From Auanema rhodensis (lineage: Eukaryota > Animalia > Nematoda): a stretch of 64,000 nucleotides of DNA. The position numbers were made by a program, and so were the translations under genes. Below the pieces are notes generated by a model. The model worked only from the letters and a program-made list of their open reading frames with translations. It was not told where the DNA came from and did not search any database. Within the stretch, counting starts at the first letter, position 1. Each line of letters begins with the position of its first letter. This document shows, one piece after another, positions 40,101 to 55,600 of this stretch. The DNA lies in contig OZ059900.1 of assembly GCA_964057225.1 (NCBI GenBank), positions 17,732,001 through 17,796,000 on the forward strand, in the 5' to 3' direction.

Positions 40101-43100
40101 CTGTTTTTTTGTCGTGAAAGTGGAACTAGACGTTGTAGGAACAATTTTGAGCTAGATTTCATTGACATTGCATGAGTTTGAACACATGAAATCGTAAGTC
40201 AAAACCTTGTTTACAGCGAAATTTCCAAAAACTCGTTTTCCAGCATAATAAAATATTTCTCATGGGAAATACTGTGTTTTTGTATTTTTTTAGTGTTCAG
40301 CATGTAAAATGCTTCATTTTAGTATGTAACACGCTGAAATTAATTGCATTTGACGACTCATATGAACAAAAATCGATTTAATCAATATTAGCCATAAGGG
40401 GCGTGCCCTCAGAATATGCTAATTTCCTTAATTTTCTAACCCCTGTTTTTTTGTCGTGAAAGTGGAACTAGACGTTGTAGGAACAATTTTGAGCTAGGTT
40501 TCATTGACATTGCATGAGTTTGAACACATGAAATCGTAAGTCAAAACCTTGTTTACAGCGAAATTTCCAAAAACTGGTTTTCCAGCATAATAAAATATTT
40601 CTCATGGGAAATACTGTGTTTTTGTATTTTTATAGTGTTCAGCATGTAAAATGTTTCATTTTAGTATGTAACACGCTGAAATTCGTTGCATTTGACGACT
40701 CATATGAACAAAAATCGATTTAATCAATATAAGCCATAAAGGGCGTGCCCTCAGAATCTGCTAATTTCCTTAATTTTCTAACCCCTGTTTTTTTGTCGTG
40801 AAAGTGGAACTAGACGTTGTAGGAACAATTTTGAGCTAGATTTCATTGACATTGCATGAGTTTGAACACATGAAATCGTAAGTCAAAACCTTGTTTACAG
40901 CGAAATTTCCAAAAACTCGTTTTCCAGCATAATAAAATATTTCTCATGGGAAATACTGTGTTTTTGTATTTTTTTAGTGTTCAGCATGTAAAATGCTTCA
41001 TTTTAGTATGTAACACGCTGAAATTAATTGCATTTGACGACTCATATGAACAAAAATCGATTTAATCAATATTAGCCATAAGGGGCGTGCCCTCAGAATA
41101 TGCTAATTTCCTTAATTTTCTAACCCCTGTTTTTTTGTCGTGAAAGTGGAACTAGACGTTGTAGGAACAATTTTGAGCTAGGTTTCATTGACATTGCATG
41201 AGTTTGAACACATGATATCGTAAGTCAAAACCTTGTTTACAGCGAAATTTCCAAAAACTGGTTTTCCAGCATAATAAAATATTTCTCATGGGAAATACTG
41301 TGTTTTTGTATTTTTATAGTGTTCAGCATGTAAAATGTTTCATTTTAGTATGTAACACGCTGAAATTCGTTGCATTTGACGACTCATATGAACAAAAATC
41401 GATTTAATCAATATAAGCCATAAAGGGCGTGCCCTCAGAATCTGCTAATTTCCTTAATTTTCTAACCCCTGTTTTTTTGTCGTGAAAGTGGAACTAGACG
41501 TTGTAGGAACAATTTTGAGCTAGATTTCATTGACATTGCATGAGTTTGAACACATGAAATCGTAAGTCAAAACCTTGTTTACAGCGAAATTTCCAAAAAC
41601 TCGTTTTCCAGCATAATAAAATATTTCTCATGGGAAATACTGTGTTTTTGTATTTTTTTAGTGTTCAGCATGTAAAATGATTCATTTTAGTATGTAACAC
41701 GCTGAAATTCGTTGCATTTGACGACTCATATGAACAAAAATCGATTTAATCAATATTAGCCATAAGGGGCGTGCCCTCAGAATATGCTAATTTCCTTAAT
41801 TTTCTAACCCCTGTTTTTTTGTCGTGAAAGTGGAACTAGACGTTGTAGGAACAATTTTGAGCTAGGTTTCATTGACATTGCATGAGTTTGAACACATGAA
41901 ATCGTAAGTCAAAACCTTGTTTACAGCGAAATTTCCAAAAACTCGTTTTCCAGCATAATAAAATATTTCTCATGGGAAATACTGTGTTTTTGTATTTTTT
42001 TAGTGTTCAGCATGTAAAATGCTTCATTTTAGTATGTAACACGCTGAAATTCGTTGCATTTGACGACTCATATGAACAAAAATCGATTTAATCAATATTA
42101 GCCATAAGGGGCGTGCCCTCAGAATATGCTAATTTCCTTAATTTTCTAACCCCTGTTTTTTTGTCGTGAAAGTGGAACTAGACGTTGTACGAACAATTTT
42201 GAGCTAGGTTTCATTGACATTGCATGAGTTTGAACACATGAAATCGTAAGTCAAAACCTTGTTTACAGCGAAATTTCCAAAAACTGGTTTTCCAGCATAA
42301 TAAAATATTTCTCATGGGAAATACTGTGTTTTTGTATTTTTATAGTGTTCAGCATGTAAAATGTTTCATTTTAGTATGTAACACGCTGAAATTCGTTGCA
42401 TTTGACGACTCATATGAACAAAAATCGATTTAATCAATATAAGCCATAAAGGGCGTGCCCTCAGAATCTGCTAATTTCCTTAATTTTCTAACCCCTGTTT
42501 TTTTGTCGTGAAAGTGGAACTAGACGTTGTAGGAACAATTTCGAGCTAGATTTCATTGACATTGCATGAGTTTGAACACATGAAATCGTAAGTCAAAACC
42601 TTGTTTACAGCGAAATTTCCAAAAACTCGTTTTCCAGCATAATAAAATATTTCTCATGGGAAATACTGTGTTTTTGTATTTTTTTAGTGTTCAGCATGTA
42701 AAATGCTTCATTTTAGTATGTGACACGCTGAAATTAATTGCATTTGACGACTCATATGAACAAAAATCGATTTAATCAATATTAGCCATAAGGGGCGTGC
42801 CCTCAGATTATGCTAATTTCCTTAATTTTCTAACCCCTGTTTTGTTGTCGTGAAAGTGGAACTAGACGTTGTAGGAACAATTTTGAGCTAGGTTTCATTG
42901 ACATTGCATGAGTTTGAACACATGAAATCGTAAGTCAAAACCTTGTTTACAGCGAAATTTCCAAAAACTGGTTTTCCAGCATAATAAAATATTTCTCATG
43001 GGAAATACTGTGTTTTTGTATTTTTATAGTGTTCAGCATGTAAAATGTTTCATTTTAGTATGTAACACGCTGAAATTCGTTGCATTTGACGACTCATATG

Positions 43101-46100
43101 AACAAAAATCGATTTAATCAATATAAGCCATAAAGGGCGTGCCCTCAGAATCTGCTAATTTCCTTAATTTTCTAACCCCTGTTTTTTTGTCGTGAAAGTG
43201 GAACTAGACGTTGTAGGAACAATTTTGAGCTAGATTTCATTGACATTGCATGAGTTTGAACACATGAAATCGTAAGTCAAAACCTTGTTTACAGCGAAAT
43301 TTCCAAAAACTCGTTTTCCAGCATAATAAAATATTTCTCATGGGAAATACTGTGTTTTTGTATTTTTTTAGTGTTCAGCATGTAAAATGCTTCATTTTAG
43401 TATGTGACACGCTGAAATTAATTGCATTTGACGACTCATATGAACAAAAATCGATTTAATCAATATTAGCCATAAGGGGCGTGCCCTCAGATTATGCTAA
43501 TTTCCTCAATTTTCTAACCCCTGTTTTTTTGTCGTGAAAGTGGAACTAGACGTTGTACGAACAATTTTGAGCTAGGTTTCATTGACATTGCATGAGTTTG
43601 AACACATGAAATCGTAAGTCAAAACCTTGTTTACAGCGAAATTTCCAAAAACTGGTTTTCCAGCATAATAAAATATTTCTCATGGGAAATACTGTGTTTT
43701 TGTATTTTTCTAGTGTTCAGCATGTGAAATGCTTCATTTTAGTATGTAACACGCTGAAATTCGTTGCATTTGACGACTCATATGAACAAAAATCGATTTA
43801 ATCAATATTAGCCATAAGGGGCGTGCCCTCAGAATATGCTAATTTCCTTAATTTTCTAACCCCTGTTTTGTTGTCGTGAAAGTGGAACTAGACGTTGTAG
43901 GAACAATTTTGAGCTAGGTTTCATTGACATTGCATGAGTTTGAACACATGAAATCGTAAGTCAAAACCTTGTTTACAGCGAAATTTCCAAAAACTGGTTT
44001 TCCAGCATAATAAAATATTTCTCATGGGAAATACTGTGTTTTTGTATTTTTATAGTGTTCAGCATGTAAAATGCTTCATTTTAGTATGTAACACGCTGAA
44101 ATTCGTTGCATTTGACGACTCATATGAACAAAAATCGATTTAATCAATATTAGCCATAAGAGGCGTGCCCTCAGAATATGCTAATTTCCTTAATTTTCTA
44201 ACCCCTGTTTTTTTGTCGTGAAAGTGGAACTAGACGTTGTAGGAACAATTTTGAGCTAGGTTTCATTGACATTGCATGAGTTTGAACACATGAAATCGTA
44301 AGTCAAAACCTTGTTTACAGCGAAATTTCCAAAAACTGGTTTTCCAGCATAATAAAATATTTCTCATAGGAAATACTGTGTTTTTGTATTTTTCTAGTGT
44401 TCAGCATGTGAAATGCTTCATTTTAGTATGTAACACGCTGAAATTCGTTGCATTTGACGACTCATATGAACAAAAATCGATTTAATCAATATTAGCCATA
44501 AGGGGCGTGCCCTCAGAATATGCTAATTTCCTTAATTTTCTAACCCCTGTTTTGTTGTCGTGAAAGTGGAACTAGACGTTGTAGGAACAATTTTGAGCTA
44601 GGTTTCATTGACATTGCATGAGTTTGAACACATGAAATCGTAAGTCAAAACCTTGTTTACAGCGAAATTTCCAAAAACTGGTTTTCCAGCATAATAAAAT
44701 ATTTCTCATGGGAAATACTGTGTTTTTGTATTTTTCTAGTGTTCAGCATGTAAAATGCTTCATTTTAGTATGTAACACGCTGAAATTCGTTTCATTTGAC
44801 GACTCATATGAACAAAAATCGATTTAATCAATATTAGCCATAAAGGGCGTGCCCTCAGAATATGCTAATTTCCTTAATTTTCTAACCCCTGTTTTTTTGT
44901 CGTGAAAGTGGAACTAGACGTTGTAGGAACAATTTCGAGCTAGATTTCATTGACATTGCATGAGTTTGAACACATGAAATCGTAAGTCAAAACCTTGTTT
45001 ACAGCGAAATTTCCAAAAACTGGTTTTCCAGCATAATAAAATATTTCTCATGGGAAATACTGTGTTTTTGTATTTTTATAGTGTTCAGCATGTAAAATGT
45101 TTCATTTTAGTATGTAACACGCTGAAATTCGTTGCATTTGACGACTCATATGAACAAAAATCGATTTAATCAATATTAGCCATAAAGGGCGTGCCCTCAG
45201 ATTATGCTAATTTCCTTAATTTTCTAACCCCTGTTTTTTTGTCGTGAAAGTGGAACTAGACGTTGTAGGAACAATTTTGAGCTAGGTTTCATTGACATTG
45301 CATGAGTTTGAACACATGAAATCGTAAGTCAAAACCTTGTTTACAGCGAAATTTCCAAAAACTCGTTTTCCAGCATAATAAAATATTTCTCATGGGAAAT
45401 ACTGTGTTTTTGTATTTTTATAGTGTTCAGCATGTAAAATGTTTCATTTTAGTATGTAACACGCTGAAATTCGTTGCATTTGACGACTCATATGAACAAA
45501 AATCGATTTAATCAATATTAGCCATAAAGGGCGTGCCCTCAGAATATGCTAATTTCCTTAATTTTCTAACCCCTGTTTTTTTGTCGTGAAAGTGGAACTA
45601 GACGTTGTAGGAACAATTTTGAGCTAGGTTTCATTGACATTGCATGAGTTTGAACACATGAAATCGTAAGTCAAAACCTTGTTTACAGCGAAATTTCCAA
45701 AAACTCGTTTTCCAGCATAATAAAATATTTCTCATGGGAAATACTGTGTTTTTGTATTTTTTTAGTGTTCAGCATGTAAAATGCTTCATTTTAGTATGTA
45801 GCACGCTGAAATTCGTTGCATTTGACGACTCATTTGAACAAAAATCGATTTAATCAATATTAGCCATAAGGGGCGTGCCCTCAGAATATGCTAATTTCCT
45901 TAATTTTCTAACCCCTGTTTTTTTGTCGTGAAAGTGGAACTAGACGTTGTACGAACAATTTTGAGCTAGGTTTCATTGACATTGCATGAGTTTGAACACA
46001 TGAAATCGTAAGTCAAAACCTTGTTTACAGCGAAATTTCCAAAAACTGGTTTTCCAGCATAATAAAATATTTCTCATGGGAAATACTGTGTTTTTGTATT

Positions 46101-49100
46101 TTTATAGTGTTCAGCATGTAAAATGTTTCATTTTAGTATGTAACACGCTGAAATTCGTTGCATTTGACGACTCATATGAACAAAAATCGATTTAATCAAT
46201 ATAAGCCATAAAGGGCGTGCCCTCAGAATCTGCTAATTTCCTTAATTTTCTAACCCCTGTTTTTTTGTCGTGAAAGTGGAACTAGACGTTGTAGGAACAA
46301 TTTCGAGCTAGATTTCATTGACATTGCATGAGTTTGAACACATGAAATCGTAAGTCAAAACCTTGTTTACAGCGAAATTTCCAAAAACTCGTTTTCCAGC
46401 ATAATAAAATATTTCTCATGGGAAATACTGTGTTTTTGTATTTTTTTAGTGTTCAGCATGTAAAATGCTTCATTTTAGTATGTGACACGCTGAAATTAAT
46501 TGCATTTGACGACTCATATGAACAAAAATCGATTTAATCAATATTAGCCATAAGGGGCGTGCCCTCAGATTATGCTAATTTCCTCAATTTTCTAACCCCT
46601 GTTTTTTTGTCGTGAAAGTGGAACTAGACGTTGTACCAACAATTTTGAGCTAGGTTTCATTGACATTGCATGAGTTTGAACACATGAAATCGTAAGTCAA
46701 AACCTTGTTTACAGCGAAATTTCCAAAAACTGGTTTTCCAGCATAATAAAATATTTCTCATGGGAAATACTGTGTTTTTGTATTTTTCTAGTGTTCAGCA
46801 TGTGAAATGCTTCATTTTAGTATGTAACACGCTGAAATTCGTTGCATTTGACGACTCATATGAACAAAAATCGATTTAATCAATATTAGCCATAAGGGGC
46901 GTGCCCTCAGAATATGCTAATTTCCTTAATTTTCTAACCCCTGTTTTGTTGTCGTGAAAGTGGAACTAGACGTTGTAGGAACAATTTTGAGCTAGGTTTC
47001 ATTGACATTGCATGAGTTTGAACACATGAAATCGTAAGTCAAAACCTTGTTTACAGCGAAATTTCCAAAAACTGGTTTTCCAGCATAATAAAATATTTCT
47101 CATGGGAAATACTGTGTTTTTGTATTTTTATAGTGTTCAGCATGTAAGATGCTTCATTTTAGTATGTAACACGCTGAAATTCGTTGCATTTGACGACTCA
47201 TATGAACAAAAATCGATTTAATCAATATTAGCCATAAGAGGCGTGCCCTCAGAATATGCTAATTTCCTTAATTTTCTAACCCCTGTTTTTTTGTCGTGAA
47301 AGTGGAACTAGACGTTGTAGGAACAATTTTGAGCTAGGTTTCATTGACATTGCATGAGTTTGAACACATGAAATCGTAAGTCAAAACCTTGTTTACAGCG
47401 AAATTTCCAAAAACTGGTTTTCCAGCATAATAAAATATTTCTCATAGGAAATACTGTGTTTTTGTATTTTTCTAGTGTTCAGCATGTGAAATGCTTCATT
47501 TTAGTATGTAACACGCTGAAATTCGTTGCATTTGACGACTCATATGAACAAAAATCGATTTAATCAATATTAGCCATAAGGGGCGTGCCCTCAGAATATG
47601 CTAATTTCCTTAATTTTCTAACCCCTGTTTTGTTGTCGTGAAAGTGGAACTAGACGTTGTAGGAACAATTTTGAGCTAGGTTTCATTGACATTGCATGAG
47701 TTTGAACACATGAAATCGTAAGTCAAAACCTTGTTTACAGCGAAATTTCCAAAAACTGGTTTTCCAGCATAATAAAATATTTCTCATGGGAAATACTGTG
47801 TTTTTGTATTTTTCTAGTGTTCAGCATGTAAAATGCTTCATTTTAGTATGTAACACGCTGAAATTCGTTTCATTTGACGACTCATATGAACAAAAATCGA
47901 TTTAATCAATATTAGCCATAAGGGGCGTGCCCTCAGAATATGCTAATTTCCTTAATTTTCTAACCCCTGTTTTTTTGTCGTGAAAGTGGAACTAGACGTT
48001 GTAGGAACAATTTTGAGCTAGGTTTCATTGACATTGCATGAGTTTGAACACATGAAATCGTAAGTCAAAACCTTGTTTACAGCGAAATTTCCAAAAACTC
48101 GTTTTCCAGCATAATAAAATATTTCTCATGGGAAATACTGTGTTTTTGTATTTTTATAGTGTTCAGCATGTAAAATGTTTCATTTTAGTATGTAACACGC
48201 TGAAATTCGTTGCATTTGACGACTCATATGAACAAAAATCGATTTAATCAATATTAGCCATAAGGGGCGTGCCCTCAGAATATGCTAATTTCCTTAATTT
48301 TCTAACCCCTGTTTTGTTGTCGTGAAAGTGGAACTAGACGTTGTAGGAACAATTTTGAGCTAGGTTTCATTGACATTGCATGAGTTTGAACACATGAAAT
48401 CGTAAGTCAAAACCTTGTTTACAGCGAAATTTCCAAAAACTGGTTTTCCAGCATAATAAAATATTTCTCATGGGAAATACTGTGTTTTTGTATTTTTCTA
48501 GTGTTCAGCATGTAAAATGCTTCATTTTAGTATGTAACACGCTGAAATTCGTTGCATTTGACGACTCATATGAACAAAAATCGATTTAATCAATATTAGC
48601 CATAAGGGGCGTGCCCTCAGAATATGCTAATTTCCTTAATTTTCTAACCCCTGTTTTTTTGTCGTGAAAGTGGAACTAGACGTTGTACGAACAATTTTGA
48701 GCTAGGTTTCATTGACATTGCATGAGTTTGAACACATGGAATCGTAAGTCAAAACCTTGTTTACAGCGAAATTTCCAAAAACTGGTTTTCCAGCATAATA
48801 AAATATTTCTCATGGGAAATACTGTGTTTTTGTATTTTTCTAGTGTTCAGCATGTAAAATGCTTCATTTTAGTATGTAACACGCTGAAATTCGTTGCATT
48901 TGACGACTCATATGAACAAAAATCGATTTAATCAATATAAGCCATAAAGGGCGTGCCCTCAGAATCTGCTAATTTCCTTAATTTTCTAACCCCTGTTTTT
49001 TTGTCGTGAAAGTGGAACTAGACGTTGTAGGAACAATTTCGAGCTAGATTTCATTGACATTGCATGAGTTTGAACACATGAAATCGTAAGTCAAAACCTT

Positions 49101-52100
49101 GTTTACAGCGAAATTTCCAAAAACTCGTTTTCCAGCATAATAAAATATTTCTCATGGGAAATACTGTGTTTTTGTATTTTTTTAGTGTTCAGCATGTAAA
49201 ATGCTTCATTTTAGTATGTGACACGCTGAAATTAATTGCATTTGACGACTCATATGAACAAAAATCGATTTAATCAATATTAGCCATAAGGGGCGTGCCC
49301 TCAGATTATGCTAATTTCCTTAATTTTCTAACCCCTGTTTTGTTGTCGTGAAAGTGGAACTAGACGTTGTAGGAACAATTTTGAGCTAGGTTTCATTGAC
49401 ATTGCATGAGTTTGAACACATGAAATCGTAAGTCAAAACCTTGTTTACAGCGAAATTTCCAAAAACTGGTTTTCCAGCATAATAAAATATTTCTCATGGG
49501 AAATACTGTGTTTTTGTATTTTTATAGTGTTCAGCATGTAAAATGTTTCATTTTAGTATGTAACACGCTGAAATTCGTTGCATTTGACGACTCATATGAA
49601 CAAAAATCGATTTAATCAATATAAGCCATAAAGGGCGTGCCCTCAGAATCTGCTAATTTCCTTAATTTTCTAACCCCTGTTTTTTTGTCGTGAAAGTGGA
49701 ACTAGACGTTGTAGGAACAATTTTGAGCTAGATTTCATTGACATTGCATGAGTTTGAACACATGAAATCGTAAGTCAAAACCTTGTTTACAGCGAAATTT
49801 CCAAAAACTCGTTTTCCAGCATAATAAAATATTTCTCATGGGAAATACTGTGTTTTTGTATTTTTTTAGTGTTCAGCATGTAAAATGCTTCATTTTAGTA
49901 TGTGACACGCTGAAATTAATTGCATTTGACGACTCATATGAACAAAAATCGATTTAATCAATATTAGCCATAAGGGGCGTGCCCTCAGAATATGCTAATT
50001 TCCTCAATTTTCTAACCCCTGTTTTTTTGTCGTGAAAGTGGAACTAGACGTTGTACGAACAATTTTGAGCTAGGTTTCATTGACATTGCATGAGTTTGAA
50101 CACATGAAATCGTAAGTCAAAACCTTGTTTACAGCGAAATTTCCAAAAACTGGTTTTCCAGCATAATAAAATATTTCTCATGGGAAATACTGTGTTTTTG
50201 TATTTTTATAGTGTTCAGCATGTAAAATGTTTCATTTTAGTATGTAACACGCTGAAATTCGTTGCATTTGACGACTCATATGAACAAAAATCGATTTAAT
50301 CAATATAAGCCATAAAGGGCGTGCCCTCAGAATCTGCTAATTTCCTTAATTTTCTAACCCCTGTTTTTTTGTCGTGAAAGTGGAACTAGACGTTGTAGGA
50401 ACAATTTTGAGCTAGATTTCATTGACATTGCATGAGTTTGAACACATGAAATCGTAAGTCAAAACCTTGTTTACAGCGAAATTTCCAAAAACTCGTTTTC
50501 CAGCATAATAAAATATTTCTCATGGGAAATACTGTGTTTTTGTATTTTTTTAGTGTTCAGCATGTAAAATGCTTCATTTTAGTATGTGACACGCTGAAAT
50601 TAATTGCATTTGACGACTCATATGAACAAAAATCGATTTAATCAATATTAGCCATAAGGGGCGTGCCCTCAGAATATGCTAATTTCCTCAATTTTCTAAC
50701 CCCTGTTTTTTTGTCGTGAAAGTGGAACTAGACGTTGTACGAACAATTTTGAGCTAGGTTTCATTGACATTGCATGAGTTTGAACACATGAAATCGTAAG
50801 TCAAAACCTTGTTTACAGCGAAATTTCCAAAAACTGGTTTTCCAGCATAATAAAATATTTCTCATGGGAAATACTGTGTTTTTGTATTTTTCTAGTGTTC
50901 AGCATGTGAAATGCTTCATTTTAGTATGTAACACGCTGAAATTCGTTGCATTTGACGACTCATATGAACAAAAATCGATTTAATCAATATTAGCCATAAG
51001 GGGCGTGCCCTCAGAATATGCTAATTTCCTTAATTTTCTAACCCCTGTTTTGTTGTCGTGAAAGTGGAACTAGACGTTGTAGGAACAATTTTGAGCTAGG
51101 TTTCATTGACATTGCATGAGTTTGAACACATGAAATCGTAAGTCAAAACCTTGTTTACAGCGAAATTTCCAAAAACTGGTTTTCCAGCATAATAAAATAT
51201 TTCTCATGGGAAATACTGTGTTTTTGTATTTTTATAGTGTTCAGCATGTAAAATGCTTCATTTTAGTATGTAACACGCTGAAATTCGTTGCATTTGACGA
51301 CTCATATGAACAAAAATCGATTTAATCAATATTAGCCATAAGAGGCGTGCCCTCAGAATATGCTAATTTCCTTAATTTTCTAACCCCTGTTTTTTTGTCG
51401 TGAAAGTGGAACTAGACGTTGTAGGAACAATTTTGAGCTAGGTTTCATTGACATTGCATGAGTTTGAACACATGAAATCGTAAGTCAAAACCTTGTTTAC
51501 AGCGAAATTTCCAAAAACTGGTTTTCCAGCATAATAAAATATTTCTCATAGGAAATACTGTGTTTTTGTATTTTTCTAGTGTTCAGCATGTGAAATGCTT
51601 CATTTTAGTATGTAACACGCTGAAATTCGTTGCATTTGACGACTCATATGAACAAAAATCGATTTAATCAATATTAGCCATAAGGGGCGTGCCCTCAGAA
51701 TATGCTAATTTCCTTAATTTTCTAACCCCTGTTTTGTTGTCGTGAAAGTGGAACTAGACGTTGTAGGAACAATTTTGAGCTAGGTTTCATTGACATTGCA
51801 TGAGTTTGAACACATGAAATCGTAAGTCAAAACCTTGTTTACAGCGAAATTTCCAAAAACTGGTTTTCCAGCATAATAAAATATTTCTCATGGGAAATAC
51901 TGTGTTTTTGTATTTTTCTAGTGTTCAGCATGTAAAATGCTTCATTTTAGTATGTAACACGCTGAAATTCGTTTCATTTGACGACTCATATGAACAAAAA
52001 TCGATTTAATCAATATTAGCCATAAGGGGTGTGCCCTCAGAATATGCTAATTTCCTTAATTTTCTAACCCCTGTTTTTTTGTCGTGAAAGTGGAACTAGA

Positions 52101-52534
52101 CGTTGTACGAACAATTTTGAGCTAGGTTTCATTGACATTGCATGAGTTTGAACACATGAAATCGTAAGTCAAAACCTTGTTTACAGCGAAATTTCCAAAA
52201 ACTGGTTTTCCAGCATAATAAAATATTTCTCATGGGAAATACTGTGTTTTTGTATTTTTATAGTGTTCAGCATGTAAAATGCTTCATTTTAGTATGTAAC
52301 ACGCTGAAATTCGTTGCATTTGACGACTCATATGAACAAAAATCGATTTAATCAATATTAGCCATAAGAGGCGTGCCCTCAGAATATGCTAATTTCCTTA
52401 ATTTTCTAACCCCTGTTTTTTTGTCGTGAAAGTGGAACTAGACGTTGTAATAACAATTTTGAGCTAGGTTTCATTGACATTGCATGAGTTTGAACACATG
52501 AAATCGTAAGTCAAAACCTTGTTTACAGCGAAAT

Positions 52535-52682
52535 TTCAAAAACTGGTTTTCCAGCATAATAAAATATTTCTCATGGGAAATACTGTGTTTTTGTATTTTT
52601 CTAGTGTTCAAAAACTGGTTTTCCAGCATAATAAAATATTTCTCATGGGAAATACTGTGTTTTTGTATTTTTCTAGTGTTCA
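52535..52682. repeat. 72-bp internal tandem duplication within a monomer (413-bp variant monomer), copy 1
   Basis: TTCA at 52535, 52607 and 52679. The segment AAAACTGG...CTAGTG is present twice. Confidence 0.95.
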
Positions 52683-55600
52683 GCATGTAAAATGCTTCAT
52701 TTTAGTATGTAACACGCTGAAATTCGTTTCATTTGACGACTCATATGAACAAAAATCGATTTAATCAATATTAGCCATAAGGGGCGTGCCCTCAGAATAT
52801 GCTAATTTCCTTACTTTTCTAACCCCTGTTTTTTTGTCGTGAAAGTGGAACTAGACGTTGTAGGAACAATTTTGAGCTAGGTTTCATTGACATTGCATGA
52901 GTTTGAACACATGAAATCGTAAGTCAAAACCTTGTTTACAGCGAAATTTCCAAAAACTGGTTTTCCAGCATAATAAAATATTTCTCATGGGAAATACTGT
53001 GTTTTTGTATTTTTATAGTGTTCAGCATGTAAAATGTTTCATTTTAGTATGTAACACGCTGAAATTCGTTGCATTTGACGACTCATATGAACAAACATCG
53101 ATTTAATCAATATTAGCCATAAAGGGCGTGCCCTCAGAATATGCTAATTTCCTTAATTTTCTAACCCCTGTTTTGTTGTCGTGAAAGTGGAACTAGACGT
53201 TGTAGGAACAATTTTGAGCTAGGTTTCATTGACATTGCATGAGTTTGAACACATGAAATCGTAAGTCAAAACCTTGTTTACAGCGAACTTTCCAAAAACT
53301 GGTTTTCCAGCATAATAAAATATTTCTTATGGGAAATACTGTGTTTTTGTATTTTTCTAGTGTTCAGCATGTGAAATGCTTCATTTTAGTATGTAACACG
53401 CTGAAATTCGTTGCATTTGACGACTCATATGAACAAAAATCGATTTAATCAATATTAGCCATAAGGGGCGTGCCCTCAGAATATGCTAATTTCCTTAATT
53501 TTCTAACCCCTGTTTTGTTGTCGTGAAAGTGGAACTAGACGTTGTAGGAACAATTTTGAGCTAGGTTTCATTGACATTGCATGAGTTTGAACACATGAAA
53601 TCGTAAGTCAAAACCTTGTTTACAGCGAAATTTCTAAAAACTGGTTTTCCAGCATAATAAAATATTTCTCATGGGAAATACTGTGTTTTTGTATTTTTCT
53701 AGTGTTCAGCATGTAAAATGCTTCATTTTAGTATGTAACACGCTGAAATTCGTTGCATTTGACGACTCATATGAACAAAAATCGATTTAATCAATATTAG
53801 CCATAAGGGGCGTGCCCTCAGAATATGCTAATTTCCTTAATTTTCTAACCCCTGTTTTTTGTCGTGAAAGTGGAACTAGACGTTGTAGGAACAATTTTGA
53901 GCTAGGTTTCATTGACATTGCATGAGTTTGAACACATGAAATCGTAAGTCAAAACCTTGTTTACAGCGAAATTTCCAAAAACTGGTTTTCCAGCATAATA
54001 AAATATTTCTCATGGGAAATACTGTGTTTTTGTATTTTTATAGTGTTCAGCATGTAAAATGCTTCATTTTAGTATGTAACACGCTGAAATTCGTTGCATT
54101 TGACGACTCATATGAACAAAAATCGATTTAATCAATATTAGCCATAAGGGGCGTGCCCTCAGAATATGCTAATTTCCTTAATTTTCTAACCCCTGTTTTT
54201 TTGTCGTGAAAGTGGAATTAGACGTTGTAGGAACAATTTTGAGCTAGGTTTCATTGACATTGCATGAGTTTGAACACATGAAATCGTAAGTCAAAACCTT
54301 GTTTACAGCGAAACTTCCAAAAACTGGTTTTCCAGCATAATAAAATATTTCTCATGGGAAATACTGTGTTTTTGTATTTTTATGGTGTTCAGCATGTAAA
54401 ATGCTTCATTTTAGTATGTAACACGCTGAAATTCGTTGCATTTGACGACTCATATGAACAAAAATCGATTTAATCAATATTAGCCATAAGGGGCGTGCCC
54501 TCAGAATATGCTAATTTCCTAAATTTTCTAACCCCTGTTTTTTTGTCGTGAAAGTGGAACTAGACGTTGTACGAACAATTTTGAGCTAGGTTTCATTGAC
54601 ATTGCATGAGTTTGAACACATGAAATCGTAAGTCAAAACCTTGTTTACAGCGAAATTTCCAAAAACTCGTTTTCCAGCATAATAAAATATTTCTCATGGG
54701 AAAAACTGTGTTTTTGTATTTTTCTAGTGTTCAGCATGTAAAATGCTTCATTTTAGTATGTAACACGCTGAAATTCGTTGCATTTGACGACTCATATGAA
54801 CAAAAATCGATTTAATCAATATTAGCCATAAGGGGCGTGCCCTCAGAATATGCTAATTTCCTTAATTTTCTAACCCCTGTTTTTTTGTCGTGAAAGTGGA
54901 ACTAGACGTTGTACGAACAATTTTGAGCTAGGTTTCATTGACATTGCATGAGTTTGAACACATGAAATCGTAAGTCAAAACCTTGTTTACAGCGAAATTT
55001 CCAAAAACTGGTTTTCCAGCATAATAAAATATTTCTCATGGGAAATACTGTGTTTTTGTATTTTTCTAGTGTTCAGCATGTGAAATGCTTCATTTTAGTA
55101 TGTAACACGCTGAAATTCGTTGCATTTGACGACTCATATGAACCAAAATCGATTTAATCAATATTAGCCATAAGGGGTGTGCCCTCAGAATATGCTAATT
55201 TCCTTAATTTTCTAACCCCTGTTTTGTTGTCGTGAAAGTGGAACTAGACGTTGTACGAACAATTTTGAGCTAGGTTTCATTGACATTGCATGAGTTTGAA
55301 CACATGAAATCGTAAGTCAAAACCTTGTTTACAGCGAAATTTCCAAAAACTCGTTTTCCAGCATAATAAAATATTTCTCATGGGAAAAACTGTGTTTTTG
55401 TATTTTTCTAGTGTTCAGCATGTAAAATGCTTCATTTTAGTATGTAACACGCTGAAATTCGTTGCATTTGACGACTCATATGAACAAAAATCGATTTAAT
55501 CAATATTAGCCATAAGGGGCGTGCCCTCAGAATATGCTAATTTCCTTAATTTTCTAACCCCTGTTTTTTTGTCGTGAAAGTGGAACTAGACGTTGTACGA

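Noticed and set aside
48722-48931. 69-aa ORF
   Set aside because: Opened by a single TGA-to-TGG variant in one monomer.
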